From an uncultured Candidatus Saccharibacteria bacterium (GTDB lineage Bacteria > Patescibacteriota > UBA1384 > DTJR01): 64,000 nucleotides of DNA. The first letter of the stretch is position 1, and every line of letters starts with the position of its first letter. Of this stretch, positions 40,667 through 51,697 are shown in pieces. The notes beneath the pieces are model-generated. The model saw nothing but the letters and a program-made list of their open reading frames with translations, was not told the DNA's origin and searched no databases. Location of the stretch: assembly GCA_964580065.1 (NCBI GenBank), contig CAZOJE010000003.1, positions 18,441 through 82,440 on the forward strand, read 5' to 3'. The translations under genes and the position numbers were made by a program.

Positions 40667-40747
40667 GCGACATTATCAAACTAAGCGGTTATGATTATAA
40701 AGGACACACCACCCGAGCCGTATCAGCGCTAGCAAAAAAAATAGAAA
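40667..40747 (+). repeat. Direct repeat copy 2 (non-coding copy of the 3' end of the 37967 gene)
   Basis: See 39178-39260. No in-frame start codon upstream. Confidence 0.8.
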
Positions 40748-40852
40748 TTTTATCAGCTAGCTAAAATTTGCAGATAAAATTTCGCCACAAAAAACTCGCG
40801 TTGACATTTTATGTCAAAAACATAATTTGAATGTTATAATTATTAACAAAAT

Positions 40853-41167
40853 ATGAGCGATAAAGCACAACCCCAAAATACATCGAAGGGACGAGAGGAA
40901 ATCGGCTTCAAAATACTTCTTGTTATTATTGAAGCCATATCTATATTCAGAATACTTATTTGTGTTGTTGTTATGGGAAGCAACTATGGCGCTGAGTCTG
41001 CGCTTCCCTATATGCTGACAGGGTTAATTATCTTCGTCATTCTTCAAATTATTCTTTTTAAAAATAAGAGGGTCAGACAAAGCACTGGCCTCTCACTGTT
41101 AATTTTGATAGGTATATTGTTGACGGCCATTGTTACGTCTAATTCTTCTTTCAGATTTTTTGACTAA
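40853..41167 (+). CDS. Small hypothetical membrane protein (2-3 TM)
   Basis: 104 aa hydrophobic ORF in an intergenic gap. No family recognised. Confidence 0.35.
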   Translation: MSDKAQPQNTSKGREEIGFKILLVIIEAISIFRILICVVVMGSNYGAESALPYMLTGLIIFVILQIILFKNKRVRQSTGLSLLILIGILLTAIVTSNSSFRFFD

Positions 41168-41242
41168 ATTTAAATATATATTGACAAAACTAGATTGTGG
41201 CATCTGGTATAATTGACGTGTACAAGTTTTAATAGGAGAAAA

Positions 41243-41719
41243 ATGACCGCACAAAATGACAATTGTATTTTTTGCAAAATTGCCAAAGGTGAAATGCCCG
41301 CTCATAAAGTTTGGGAAGACGAAAATTATTTGGCTTTTTTAAGCATTTTTCCTAATACCGAAGGATTCACCGTGGTGATTCCCAAAAAACATTATTCGAG
41401 TTACGCTTTCGCTCAAAGCGATGAAATATTATCAAATTTAATTTTAGCGGCAAAAAAAGTAGCTCGAAAAATTGATAATGCATTTGAAGACGTCGGCCGC
41501 ACCGGCCTAATTTTAGAAGGGTTCGGGGTTGACCATCTGCACGCAAAACTTTTTCCGATGCATTCGACCAGCGCTGAAAGTTGGCAGCCAGTTGAATCCG
41601 ACATTGATATTTACTTTGAAAAATACCTCGGCTACATCAGCTCGCATGATTCAAGCAGGGCTGACGATGAGGCCCTCGCCGTTACTGCCAAAAAAATTCG
41701 TCAAGCAAAAGGTAACTAA
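41243..41719 (+). CDS. HIT family hydrolase
   Basis: Start MTAQNDNCIFCKI... Contains the C.FCKI.GE nucleotide-binding motif and a histidine-triad region (VDHLHAKLFP). Confidence 0.7.
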   Translation: MTAQNDNCIFCKIAKGEMPAHKVWEDENYLAFLSIFPNTEGFTVVIPKKHYSSYAFAQSDEILSNLILAAKKVARKIDNAFEDVGRTGLILEGFGVDHLHAKLFPMHSTSAESWQPVESDIDIYFEKYLGYISSHDSSRADDEALAVTAKKIRQAKGN

Positions 41720-41721
41720 AT

Positions 41722-42645
41722 ATGGCCGAAATAACCGAAATTAAACCAAGAAAATCCCGTTGGGGAGTATTAGCGTTTTTAGTGGTTTTGCTCGCCGGCG
41801 GATATTTTGGCGTTTTATATTATTTATATTTGCCCAAATGTGCCCTACCAACCGAATACAGCGTCGGTGCGATTGACTCGCGTTTCAAAATATCAGCGGC
41901 CGAGTTCTCGGCCGCCGCCGGCGACGCCGGGAAGCTTTGGGACGACCAAACAGCCAAAAATATTTTACAATTAGGCGCAAATGCTCCCATTAAAATAAAT
42001 CTCATTTACGACGATCGCCAAGCTCAAATTGACAAGATAAACGAGGAGGCGGGCCAAATCGTATCCGATCAAGAAGATCTTGTATCTCTGAACCAAAAAT
42101 TTGACGAGCTATACGCTCAATATCAACAAAACCTTAAATCTTTTAATGAAAAGGTGAGTTACTGGAATACACAAGGCGGCGCACCCGAACCGACTTACAG
42201 CGAGCTGAAAACACAACAAGAGCAGTTAGAAAAAACTCGGCTTACTTTGGTCGCCATGAATAATGTTTTGAATACAAAAATCGATCAGCACAATCTTTCG
42301 GTCGACAGCTTTAACCAAACAGTCGAAAAAAACCGCAATAAAATTATCACGCAAGGGGAATATAATCCCACTGATCGGTCAATTAATATTTATACATTTG
42401 GCGACGTAAAAGAGCTTAAATTTGTTATTGCTCACGAAATCGGCCACGCCCTTGGACTTAATCATGTCGATAATTCAAAATCGCTCATGTATTATCTTAT
42501 TCAAGATCAAGATGTCGATAACCCTGTTTTAACCACCGAAGACAAGCAAGCCCTCGGCAAAAAATGCAATCTCGACGCTGACTTTTTCCATCCGAATTGG
42601 CAAAACTTGAAGTCTCTCTTTCCCAACAAAGCCACAATCGAGTAA
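41722..42645 (+). CDS. Membrane-anchored zinc metalloprotease, matrixin (M10)-like
   Basis: N-terminal TM plus coiled coil. VIAHEIGHALGLNHV matches HExxHxxGxxH with the downstream Met-turn region (SLMYY). Confidence 0.55.
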   Translation: MAEITEIKPRKSRWGVLAFLVVLLAGGYFGVLYYLYLPKCALPTEYSVGAIDSRFKISAAEFSAAAGDAGKLWDDQTAKNILQLGANAPIKINLIYDDRQAQIDKINEEAGQIVSDQEDLVSLNQKFDELYAQYQQNLKSFNEKVSYWNTQGGAPEPTYSELKTQQEQLEKTRLTLVAMNNVLNTKIDQHNLSVDSFNQTVEKNRNKIITQGEYNPTDRSINIYTFGDVKELKFVIAHEIGHALGLNHVDNSKSLMYYLIQDQDVDNPVLTTEDKQALGKKCNLDADFFHPNWQNLKSLFPNKATIE

Positions 42646-42654
42646 GATAAAACA

Positions 42655-43518
42655 ATGGACAAAATAATATTAGCGATTGATATCGGCGGGGCTACCATCA
42701 AAACGGCTCTCGTTAAAGGAACCGAAGTGTTGCAGTACAAAAATTTTGCGACATCATCTAGTTTGAACGAATTATTGGAGATTATAAAATTAACCAGCGG
42801 CCAATATCGGAAAATTCATAATTTTGACGGTATCGGAATTGGCCTCCCGGGATTAATCGACTTTGCTAACCAAAAAGCGCTCTTCTGCCCCAACCTCCCC
42901 TATTTGAACGGTTTTTCGCCCGACCTTTTGGGTGAAAATGTTAAAATTGCCAACGACGCTGACTTGGCTTTGTGTGGCGAAGTCATCATTAACCAACTAA
43001 AAAAAACCACCGCTATGTTCACTCTCGGCACAGGTATTGGCGGCGCGCTCTTTTTTTCGGGAGCTTGGCCTTTCGAGTTACCTTTTGCCGGTGAATTTGG
43101 GCACCTCAAAATTGCCCCCAGCGGACCAATTTGCGGTTGTGGACAAAGAGGATGTTTAGAGGCCTTTATCGGAAGCAAATCCTTGCTCGGCGAGGCCAAA
43201 GCGAGAATCTCTCCGCAAATCGATTCGGTCAAAGAAATTTTTTCGCTTGCTAGGGACGGCAATCCTAAGGCCGCCCAAATAGTCAGAGAATTTTCCGAAT
43301 ATCTTGGCCTCGGCATTGCCAATGTCGTTAATATTACCGGCGCCGAAGTTATTATTTTGGGCGGCCAAATCGCTAAATCAGCCGACGTTTTTCTATCTCA
43401 CTTGCCCGCCACTGTCGGCGGAAAAATATCTTTTGCCAAACTTAGATCAATCGAAATAAGATCGGCTTTTGATCCAGAAAAAAACGCCCTCATCGGCGCA
43501 ACGGCCTTATTTGATTAG
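42655..43518 (+). CDS. ROK family glucokinase
   Basis: ILAIDIGGATIKTAL N-terminus and CGCGQRGCLEAF zinc motif of ROK kinases. Confidence 0.7.
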   Translation: MDKIILAIDIGGATIKTALVKGTEVLQYKNFATSSSLNELLEIIKLTSGQYRKIHNFDGIGIGLPGLIDFANQKALFCPNLPYLNGFSPDLLGENVKIANDADLALCGEVIINQLKKTTAMFTLGTGIGGALFFSGAWPFELPFAGEFGHLKIAPSGPICGCGQRGCLEAFIGSKSLLGEAKARISPQIDSVKEIFSLARDGNPKAAQIVREFSEYLGLGIANVVNITGAEVIILGGQIAKSADVFLSHLPATVGGKISFAKLRSIEIRSAFDPEKNALIGATALFD

Positions 43519-43521
43519 TAA

Positions 43522-44802
<1,281 letters not shown>

Positions 44803-44924
44803 TTAGTCCTCCTAACTACAAATGAATTTAACATTTACCGCTGACAAAATAAATACTACCGGTAAATTTTGCTTTTTTGAACTAAACATACTAAGATCGA
44901 AGTAATAATAATTGAGGAGGTCTA

Positions 44925-45257
44925 ATGGAAGAAAAGAAAAAAAGTTTTATAAAAGGAACAGCGACTGGCGTGGCAATCGGCGCCTTGGCTGGAGCAGTAG
45001 CCGGGATTCTCTTAGCTCCTAAAAGCGGCAAGCAAACACGCAAAGATATTGCCAAATATCTCGACAAGATGAAAGATGAAGTCGCCGAAGGATTAGAAAA
45101 AGCAGGCGATTTTACCAAAGAAAAATATGCCGAAGTTGTTGAGGCAGTCGTAGCAACATACGAAAAGGCCAAAAAAATTACTTCAAAAGAAGCGGCTGAA
45201 ATTAAAGAAGATCTTAATGCCGGCTACGATAAGGTAAAAAAATCAGTCAAAAAGTAA
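44925..45257 (+). CDS. YtxH-like (DUF948) small stress protein
   Basis: GTATGVAIGALAGAVAGILLAPKSGKQTRKDI N-terminal motif followed by a charged helix. Confidence 0.5.
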   Translation: MEEKKKSFIKGTATGVAIGALAGAVAGILLAPKSGKQTRKDIAKYLDKMKDEVAEGLEKAGDFTKEKYAEVVEAVVATYEKAKKITSKEAAEIKEDLNAGYDKVKKSVKK

Positions 45258-45269
45258 ATAACACCGATC

Positions 45270-45836
45270 TCAAAAAGCTCCCTCATTGGGAGCTTTTTGA
45301 TTTTTCCTACTTTTATAATAGGCAAAAATGCCAGCAACTACGCTGATGATAATTGCCAAAATAAATAACTTAGTAAAATTTTTACTACTCAATCGTTCAA
45401 CCTCTAAATAACCAAAACTAGCAAATCGGTAATCTAAAATAAATTTTCCAACAAGATAAGCAACTGTCGCAATAATGGGCAAGAGATAAAATTTTTCCCG
45501 TCTAATTAAATAAGCCCCTTGCAACCCGTAAAATAAAACCCAAAAAATCTGTCCCGTGTCTTGCCAAGCAAATCCTTTGTCTGCCATTAACACTGGGTAG
45601 TATACAACCGCCATCGCCCCAAAAACGATACTGCCAATGGTGGCAAAAGCCAACAAATATGGATTGACTGGTTTGTTTTTGGCTTTTTGCCAGAAACAAA
45701 TTGCCAGCGCCAAAGGATATATCGGACAAATAGGGGCAAAAAAATATGCCCAAACCGGCATAAAGAAAAATTTTGGCCAATCGACTATTAAAGCCGCTAC
45801 CGACCAGAACAAATCCGCTAAGGATAAAAAATACAT
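45270..45836 (-). CDS. Hypothetical polytopic membrane protein
   Basis: 188 aa with ~5 TM helices. No confident family assignment. Confidence 0.4.
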   Translation of the reverse strand: MYFLSLADLFWSVAALIVDWPKFFFMPVWAYFFAPICPIYPLALAICFWQKAKNKPVNPYLLAFATIGSIVFGAMAVVYYPVLMADKGFAWQDTGQIFWVLFYGLQGAYLIRREKFYLLPIIATVAYLVGKFILDYRFASFGYLEVERLSSKNFTKLFILAIIISVVAGIFAYYKSRKNQKAPNEGAF

Positions 45837-45894
45837 TTAATTATTATAGCCAATCGTCCTTGCTTGAACAACAGATATTTGGCACAATGGGACA

Positions 45895-47457
45895 ATGAAT
45901 CAACATCTAGAAAAAGTTATTAAAATAGTTACTCTGCGATACCAAAAACCCGCCGTCAAGCAAGAAGAAGCCACTGTTAAAATTAACGAGTCTGTGGCTA
46001 AAGCCGCTTTCTATTACGAAAAACTACGCAATGTAATTGACTACCAAGATGAGCATCTCTTCCTTAAAAATGCCATTAAGCGGATTTTAAAGCGCTTCAA
46101 AGTTCTGCCTTTTGGCGACATTCCTTCAAAACTTTTGCGCGAATTAGTTTGGGCCGGATATTTTAAAAACGATGCCTTGCCCTTGCGATATATCGAAGAT
46201 ATTGACCAAATTTTAAAAAAATACGAATTTATCCAAACACACTTGGGGGACAAAAAAGCCAGTCATAAAAAAGTCCGGTCAATTCTATCAGGTTTGATCG
46301 CTTGCGATATCGAAACTTTGCTTTCTCCGGCTGTTGCTCACGATGAATTTATCAAATTCGCCAAGCAAACTATCGCTCAAAATATCCAAATCAGTGAAGC
46401 AGAAATGGGTAAGGAAGCGGTTGACATTCAAATTGACATTGCCATTGAACGGCTCCTGTTTAAAGCCGATTACGACCAACTTTTTTTCAAAATGCTCAAA
46501 CACTTTTACCCTGACTGGCCCGATATCACCAAAGAAGAAGGCGAAGATTTGGCTAAAAATTTCACTAAAATTCGCGGCGCGATTGATTCATGGATTGTTT
46601 TTAATAAAAAAACTAAGATTCAAAATTACGTCAAAAAACAACTGCCTGTTTTTTTAGTTTTATGGAATATTTTAGTAAATAACACTAACCCAAATTCGCT
46701 TTTTCAGTCCCCCGCTCGGGTGCGAGAAGTTTCCCAATTATTTATTAATTCTCGCAACAAAGAACTTTTTAAAAAAGTAATGCGCGCCCTAGTCAGAGGT
46801 GTAGTTTTTATTCTGCTGACTAAAACGATTCTTGTATTATTGATTGAATATCCTTACGAAGCGCGCATAATTCAAGATGTCAATTATTTTGCCCTTGGCG
46901 TGAATATGATTTTACCGCCGCTAATTCTCCTTATCGCCGGTTCGTTTATTAAAATTCCCGGCCGGCGCAATAATGAAAAATTAGTTGATTCTATCGAGAC
47001 AGTTGTTTTTCAAGAAAAACTGCCAGCCAAACCCCTGCTAACTTTAAAGATAAAAAAATCAAAAGGTTACGCCATTTTTAATGTGGCCTACTCTATCCTC
47101 TCGCTGGCCATTCTCATATTGGTGGGCTGGGGACTTTACAAAATCCACTTCAACCCTGTTAGCATCGCTTTTTTCTATATTTTTGTTTCTATCGTCAGCT
47201 TTCTTGCTTTTCGCACTCGCGCTACCGCCAAAGAACTAGAAATTGAATTTACCGAAGATAGCTGGCTGGTCGGCATTATTAATTTTGTTTTGCTCCCCTT
47301 TGTTTCAATCGGCAAATATCTTTCCGATAAGTGGAGTGAATATAATTTTATGCTGTTTTTTTGGGACTTCATTATCGAAGCGCCTTTTAAAACCGTCATT
47401 AGCGTCTTTGAGTCCTGGCTCTCGTTTACTCGCGAAAAACGAGAAAAATTCGAGTGA
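45895..47457 (+). CDS. Hypothetical protein, soluble N-terminal half plus C-terminal multi-TM domain
   Basis: 520 aa ORF with coding-like composition. No family recognised. Confidence 0.5.
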   Translation: MNQHLEKVIKIVTLRYQKPAVKQEEATVKINESVAKAAFYYEKLRNVIDYQDEHLFLKNAIKRILKRFKVLPFGDIPSKLLRELVWAGYFKNDALPLRYIEDIDQILKKYEFIQTHLGDKKASHKKVRSILSGLIACDIETLLSPAVAHDEFIKFAKQTIAQNIQISEAEMGKEAVDIQIDIAIERLLFKADYDQLFFKMLKHFYPDWPDITKEEGEDLAKNFTKIRGAIDSWIVFNKKTKIQNYVKKQLPVFLVLWNILVNNTNPNSLFQSPARVREVSQLFINSRNKELFKKVMRALVRGVVFILLTKTILVLLIEYPYEARIIQDVNYFALGVNMILPPLILLIAGSFIKIPGRRNNEKLVDSIETVVFQEKLPAKPLLTLKIKKSKGYAIFNVAYSILSLAILILVGWGLYKIHFNPVSIAFFYIFVSIVSFLAFRTRATAKELEIEFTEDSWLVGIINFVLLPFVSIGKYLSDKWSEYNFMLFFWDFIIEAPFKTVISVFESWLSFTREKREKFE

Positions 47458-47459
47458 TT

Positions 47460-49196
47460 TTAGTACTTGAGCAGTTTGATAAAAACTTCTGTTGGCAAGC
47501 TTACTCGGCCGACCATTGCCATTTTCTTTTTGCCTTTTTTCTGTTTTTCTAGTAGTTTTCGCTTTCGCGTTACATCACCGCCATAAAGTTTTTCGGTAAC
47601 ATCTTTTCTAAATGGCGAAATTCTTTCGCTGGCAATTATTCGGCCGCCAACAGCCGCTTGAATTTTAACTTCAAAATTCTGACGCGGGATAAATTCTTTC
47701 ATCCTGCTAACAACCGACTTGGCCACCCGATCAGAAAAACCACGATAAACCATGCGGGAAAAAGCGTCGATTTTTTCTCCGGCAATATAAAAATCCAGTT
47801 GAATTAAATCGGATTCCCTGAACCCAATAAACTCATAATTGATTGAGCCGTACCCTTGAGTAGCCGATTTCAAAACGTCATAAAAATCAACGATAATTTC
47901 ACTCAAAGGCAATTCATATTCCAAAATAGTTTTTTCGTCCAGATGGCGAATATTTTTTTGGATGCCGCGCCGCGATTCCAAAATTTCGATAACACGACCT
48001 AAAAAATTTTTCGGCGTAATCAGCTCGGCTCTGACCCATGGTTCGAGCGTTTTGCCATCTTCAAAACGATATTCCACCGTCGGCGTTGTCACCACCAGTT
48101 CTAAATCATACTCTCTCTCCAGCCGTTCTTTGACAATTTCCAAATGCAATAGGCCCAAAAAACCGCACCTAAAACCAAAGCCAAAGGCCTTGGAATTAGT
48201 CGGCTCATAAATAATCGAAGAATCAGACAACTTTAGTTTCGACAAACTTTCGCGCAAGCGGTTGTAATCCTCGCCGCTAGAAGAATAAATTTCGGCATAT
48301 ACCATCGAGCGCGGTTCCTTGTATCCTTCAAGCGGCTCAATATCACCCGCCTCGGTTCTTTTATCTTCAATGGTCACCGTGTCGCCGATTCTCGCTTCAG
48401 CCACTTCCTTAAAAGAAGTAACAATGTAGCCAATTTCGCCAGCCGAAATCTTACCAGTTGGTTTCAGACCAAGTTGAATTGCCCCAACATCGCCAGCATT
48501 GGTTGCTTTCCCTTGATAAATAAATCTAATTTCGTCATTTTTGGTAATTTCACCGTCAAAAACCCTGACATAAGCCACAACCCCGCGGTAATCATCAAAA
48601 TAGGAATCAAACACCAAGGCCCGCGGATAACCAACGCTCGAATCTCGTGGCGAAGGAATTTTATTGACGACTTCTTCAAGCAATTCCTCAACACCTTGCC
48701 CTGTTTTAGCCGAAATTAATTTCACGTCTTCAATTTCACAGCCCAATATTTCGGCAATTTCAAAAACCGCCTCTTCTACCCTCGCCTCCGGCAAATCGAT
48801 TTTGTTAATTGCGGGAATTATTTTAAGGCCGACTTTCTTGGCTAATTCAAGATTGGCCAAAGTTTGCGCCTGTACGCCCTTGGTTGCATCGACTAAAAGA
48901 ATTGCCCCTTCCACCGCCTGAAGACTACGCGAAACTTCGTAAGAAAAGTCCACGTGCCCGGGCGTGTCAATCAGATTCAGCTCAAATTCCGCCCCATTCA
49001 GCTTATAGCTCATTCTTACCGGTTGAAGTTTAATCGTAATACCCCGCTCCCTTTCTAAATCCATTGAATCGAGAATTTGCTGATGCATTTTTCTTTGCTC
49101 AACCGTGTGGGTAATTTCCAAAAGACGGTCAGCCAAGGTTGACTTACCATGATCAATATGAGAAATAATGCAAAAATTTCTGATGTTTTTGGGCAT
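47460..49196 (-). CDS. lepA: Elongation factor 4 (LepA)
   Basis: 578 aa. IRNFCIISHIDHGKSTLADRLL GTPase N-terminus and LepA-specific C-terminal domain. Confidence 0.9.
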   Translation of the reverse strand: MPKNIRNFCIISHIDHGKSTLADRLLEITHTVEQRKMHQQILDSMDLERERGITIKLQPVRMSYKLNGAEFELNLIDTPGHVDFSYEVSRSLQAVEGAILLVDATKGVQAQTLANLELAKKVGLKIIPAINKIDLPEARVEEAVFEIAEILGCEIEDVKLISAKTGQGVEELLEEVVNKIPSPRDSSVGYPRALVFDSYFDDYRGVVAYVRVFDGEITKNDEIRFIYQGKATNAGDVGAIQLGLKPTGKISAGEIGYIVTSFKEVAEARIGDTVTIEDKRTEAGDIEPLEGYKEPRSMVYAEIYSSSGEDYNRLRESLSKLKLSDSSIIYEPTNSKAFGFGFRCGFLGLLHLEIVKERLEREYDLELVVTTPTVEYRFEDGKTLEPWVRAELITPKNFLGRVIEILESRRGIQKNIRHLDEKTILEYELPLSEIIVDFYDVLKSATQGYGSINYEFIGFRESDLIQLDFYIAGEKIDAFSRMVYRGFSDRVAKSVVSRMKEFIPRQNFEVKIQAAVGGRIIASERISPFRKDVTEKLYGGDVTRKRKLLEKQKKGKKKMAMVGRVSLPTEVFIKLLKY

Positions 49197-49203
49197 AGTG
49201 TGA

Positions 49204-49794
49204 CTATTTTTTTACTGATACGGTCATAACGCCGTCTTGCAAATATACACTTTCTACCGAGGAGTTGGCAAGATCTGGATAGCTATCCGAGATCACCTTG
49301 GAAATGGATCGCGACAATCCCGCCGCCAAAAAATCGGGAGCTTTTATTGTCCCAATCATTACTTCGGTTAATTTAACATTTAATTTTCCGCCATCTGCCT
49401 CCGGCTTGAAACAGCTAGTCAGATTAGCGGGGGCTAAATAACTTGTTTTTCCTGATAAATAAATGCCTTCGGGGCTAATACGGCAACCGAAATTCTTTTT
49501 TTTCGTTAGTTCGGCCAGCTTGCTACACAATGTTCCTTCCTGAATAATCAGATCGGTTTTGTTTTCTTGACTGATAGCGGAAAAATTAGAGCTGGAAGAA
49601 ATATTCGGGCGAGTTATGTCTTCTACTGCACCCGAAAAACGTAGTTTACCGGCAAAAATAAATAAGCAAGTTTCAGCCAATATCAAAATCAGCAAAAGGG
49701 CCACAGCCATGCTGGCACAACTGCAACCTGAAGATCGCTGTTTATTTTCGTCCAATTCGTTATAGAACTTGTCCGTTTGCACGGTTTTTTTCAT
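49204..49794 (-). CDS. Hypothetical membrane-anchored protein
   Basis: 196 aa with one TM helix and an extracytoplasmic domain with several Cys. Confidence 0.45.
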   Translation of the reverse strand: MKKTVQTDKFYNELDENKQRSSGCSCASMAVALLLILILAETCLFIFAGKLRFSGAVEDITRPNISSSSNFSAISQENKTDLIIQEGTLCSKLAELTKKKNFGCRISPEGIYLSGKTSYLAPANLTSCFKPEADGGKLNVKLTEVMIGTIKAPDFLAAGLSRSISKVISDSYPDLANSSVESVYLQDGVMTVSVKK

Positions 49795-49800
49795 TTTTGT

Positions 49801-51360
49801 CTAATTTCTGACTTCTTTTAATTTAAAAATCCAAGCACACGATAGATAGACCACTGCTCCCACGGTTAGCGAAATAACTGCCTGAAGGAGCAAAAATCTA
49901 ACGCGATTGATGTCAAACACTCCGGCCACCGCCGTTTTGGTGGCTTGCATAGCCGAAGCCGCAACTAAGGTTAAAACCGAAACAATGGCTGTATGCCAAG
50001 AAAGTTCCCTCACACGCAGATGAACCGATTCTTGAATATGATAAAACAGCAAAATTAGGTTTATCCAAGAGCCAATACTGAAAGCCAGGGCCAAGCCCGC
50101 TACAGGCCCGCTAGTCAGAAAACCTCCGCGAGAAAAAATATAACCAAAAACAATGCTGGCTAAAATCGAAAAAAGACTAATCGTCATTGGCGTCTTAGTA
50201 TCATGCATGGCGTAAAAACCACGGGCAAAGATCGGAATCAATCCTTGAGCGACCACCGACAAAGCAAAGAAACCCAAAGCCGCTGAAGCTGATTTAGTAT
50301 CTGCCCAGCCAAAAAAACCATAGCCCAAAATAAGACGAATAATTTGGGCGCGAAGAACAAAAATCACTGCCGTGGCCGGAATCAGAAAAAACAAGGCCGC
50401 CTTAATCGCTTTGACAAAAACATTGCAAAACCTCTCCCTTTCTTCTTTTTCCTTGATCGAGAGCTCCGCTAAAGTTGGGAAAACAGCGGTCGCAAAAGAA
50501 TTGCCAAAGATTGCCGACGGAACCGTTTGAATATTGTCAGTTAAATTATAAATAGCAATCGCCCCCGGAAAAGCGGAAGCAAAACCGGTGTACGCAAACA
50601 GCAATATCTGGTTGGCGCCTAGGCCAATCGCTCGCGGCACCATTAAACGAATAATTCGAATGACATTTTTGTCGAAAAAATTTGGTTTAAATCCTATCTT
50701 GAGACCGACCCGCAGTGAAGCTGGAAGTTGGGTCAACATGTGTAAAAACGCGCCGGTTATCACCCCGATAATCACTCCTCGCACGCCATATCTGTCTGAT
50801 AAAAACAAAATGCTTAAGATGATCGAAAGGTTGTAAACAATCGGTGCCAAAGCATAAGATACAAATCTTTTTCGGGCGTTTAAAACACCGCCCAAAAAAT
50901 AAGAAACGGTAAAAATGAGTGGTGATATGAGCAACCAGCGTGCCGCTTGAATAGTTTCGGCCATCTTTTCCGGCGAAAAACTTGGTACCAATACATGCAT
51001 GAGATAAGGCATCAAGAAAAATAACACCGCCAAGGCCGCCGCCACTATAACCACGGCCACACTAATGGTGGTTGTGGCTAATTCATTGGCCTTTTCTTCG
51101 CCTTCTTCTTTCATACATTTCGAGTAAACTGGAACAAAAGCCGCCGCTACTGAACCCAAAATTAAAACATTAAAAATAAGATCCGGCCAACGAAAAGCGG
51201 CATAATATATATCAAGCCGATCAGTGGGGATTTTTTGGGCCAAAAAATGATCTCGAATGACGCCTAGAACATTTGAAGCGGCAAAAGTAATCATCAAAAT
51301 TAAACTGGCAGAACGGATAGAGTTCTCTTTTAAGAACATCTTTTTTATTTGACTGAACAT
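49801..51360 (-). CDS. murJ: Lipid II flippase MurJ (MviN)
   Basis: 519 aa, ~14 TM helices. The N-terminal SASLILMITFAASNVLGVIRD...YYAAFRWPDL region is typical of MurJ. Confidence 0.85.
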   Translation of the reverse strand: MFSQIKKMFLKENSIRSASLILMITFAASNVLGVIRDHFLAQKIPTDRLDIYYAAFRWPDLIFNVLILGSVAAAFVPVYSKCMKEEGEEKANELATTTISVAVVIVAAALAVLFFLMPYLMHVLVPSFSPEKMAETIQAARWLLISPLIFTVSYFLGGVLNARKRFVSYALAPIVYNLSIILSILFLSDRYGVRGVIIGVITGAFLHMLTQLPASLRVGLKIGFKPNFFDKNVIRIIRLMVPRAIGLGANQILLFAYTGFASAFPGAIAIYNLTDNIQTVPSAIFGNSFATAVFPTLAELSIKEKEERERFCNVFVKAIKAALFFLIPATAVIFVLRAQIIRLILGYGFFGWADTKSASAALGFFALSVVAQGLIPIFARGFYAMHDTKTPMTISLFSILASIVFGYIFSRGGFLTSGPVAGLALAFSIGSWINLILLFYHIQESVHLRVRELSWHTAIVSVLTLVAASAMQATKTAVAGVFDINRVRFLLLQAVISLTVGAVVYLSCAWIFKLKEVRN

Positions 51361-51431
51361 ATGATGATATTAGCATTAAAGGAAAAAAAACTGAATACTT
51401 GCCCGTACATCGCCCATCAATGCAAAAGGAC

Positions 51432-51460
51432 TTGACAAGTTATATAACATTAGCTATGAT
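51432..51460 (+). promoter_or_regulatory. Sigma70-like promoter (TTGACA-17-TATGAT)
   Basis: Consensus -35 at 51432-51437, 17-nt spacer, -10 at 51455-51460. No ORF downstream. Confidence 0.45.
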
Positions 51461-51466
51461 GAACAA

Positions 51467-51694
51467 TGTAGGATCGAGAAGGAGGGCAAGTTCGGTCAAA
51501 AGTACTATCTTCTCACCTGCAAGTCTAGCACCTTAGATCCGAAAAGTTCTCTTTAACAGCCGAAACGAATTTCTTACAAAGACGTTACCCCATTGTAGGA
51601 TAACAGTTTTGGCCGAAAACAGAGCGCACAGCGAGCGGTTCATACAATAAAAATTTTATAACCGATTACTCGCCACCAAGTGCGCTCTTTTTTG
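51467..51694 (+). ncRNA. Candidate small RNA (~230 nt) between murJ and dnaB, promoter- and terminator-bounded
   Basis: Strong promoter upstream. No ORF with an RBS. It ends in a large symmetric hairpin AGAGCGCAC...GTGCGCTCT + T6 that also serves convergent dnaB. Identity unknown. Confidence 0.3.
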
Positions 51695-51697
51695 TTG

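Noticed and set aside
40081-40837. 17-bp exact repeat AATGTTATAATTATTAA inside apbE (40088) and in the intergenic region before the 40853 gene (40828)
   Set aside because: It is short, AT-rich and expected by chance at this composition. No second half-site or mobile-element features were found.
51467-51694. Candidate sRNA considered as SRP RNA, 6S RNA or tmRNA
   Set aside because: No convincing match by eye to the SRP domain IV GGAA/AGCA motifs, the tmRNA tRNA-like ends or the 6S bubble. It is left as an unidentified candidate.
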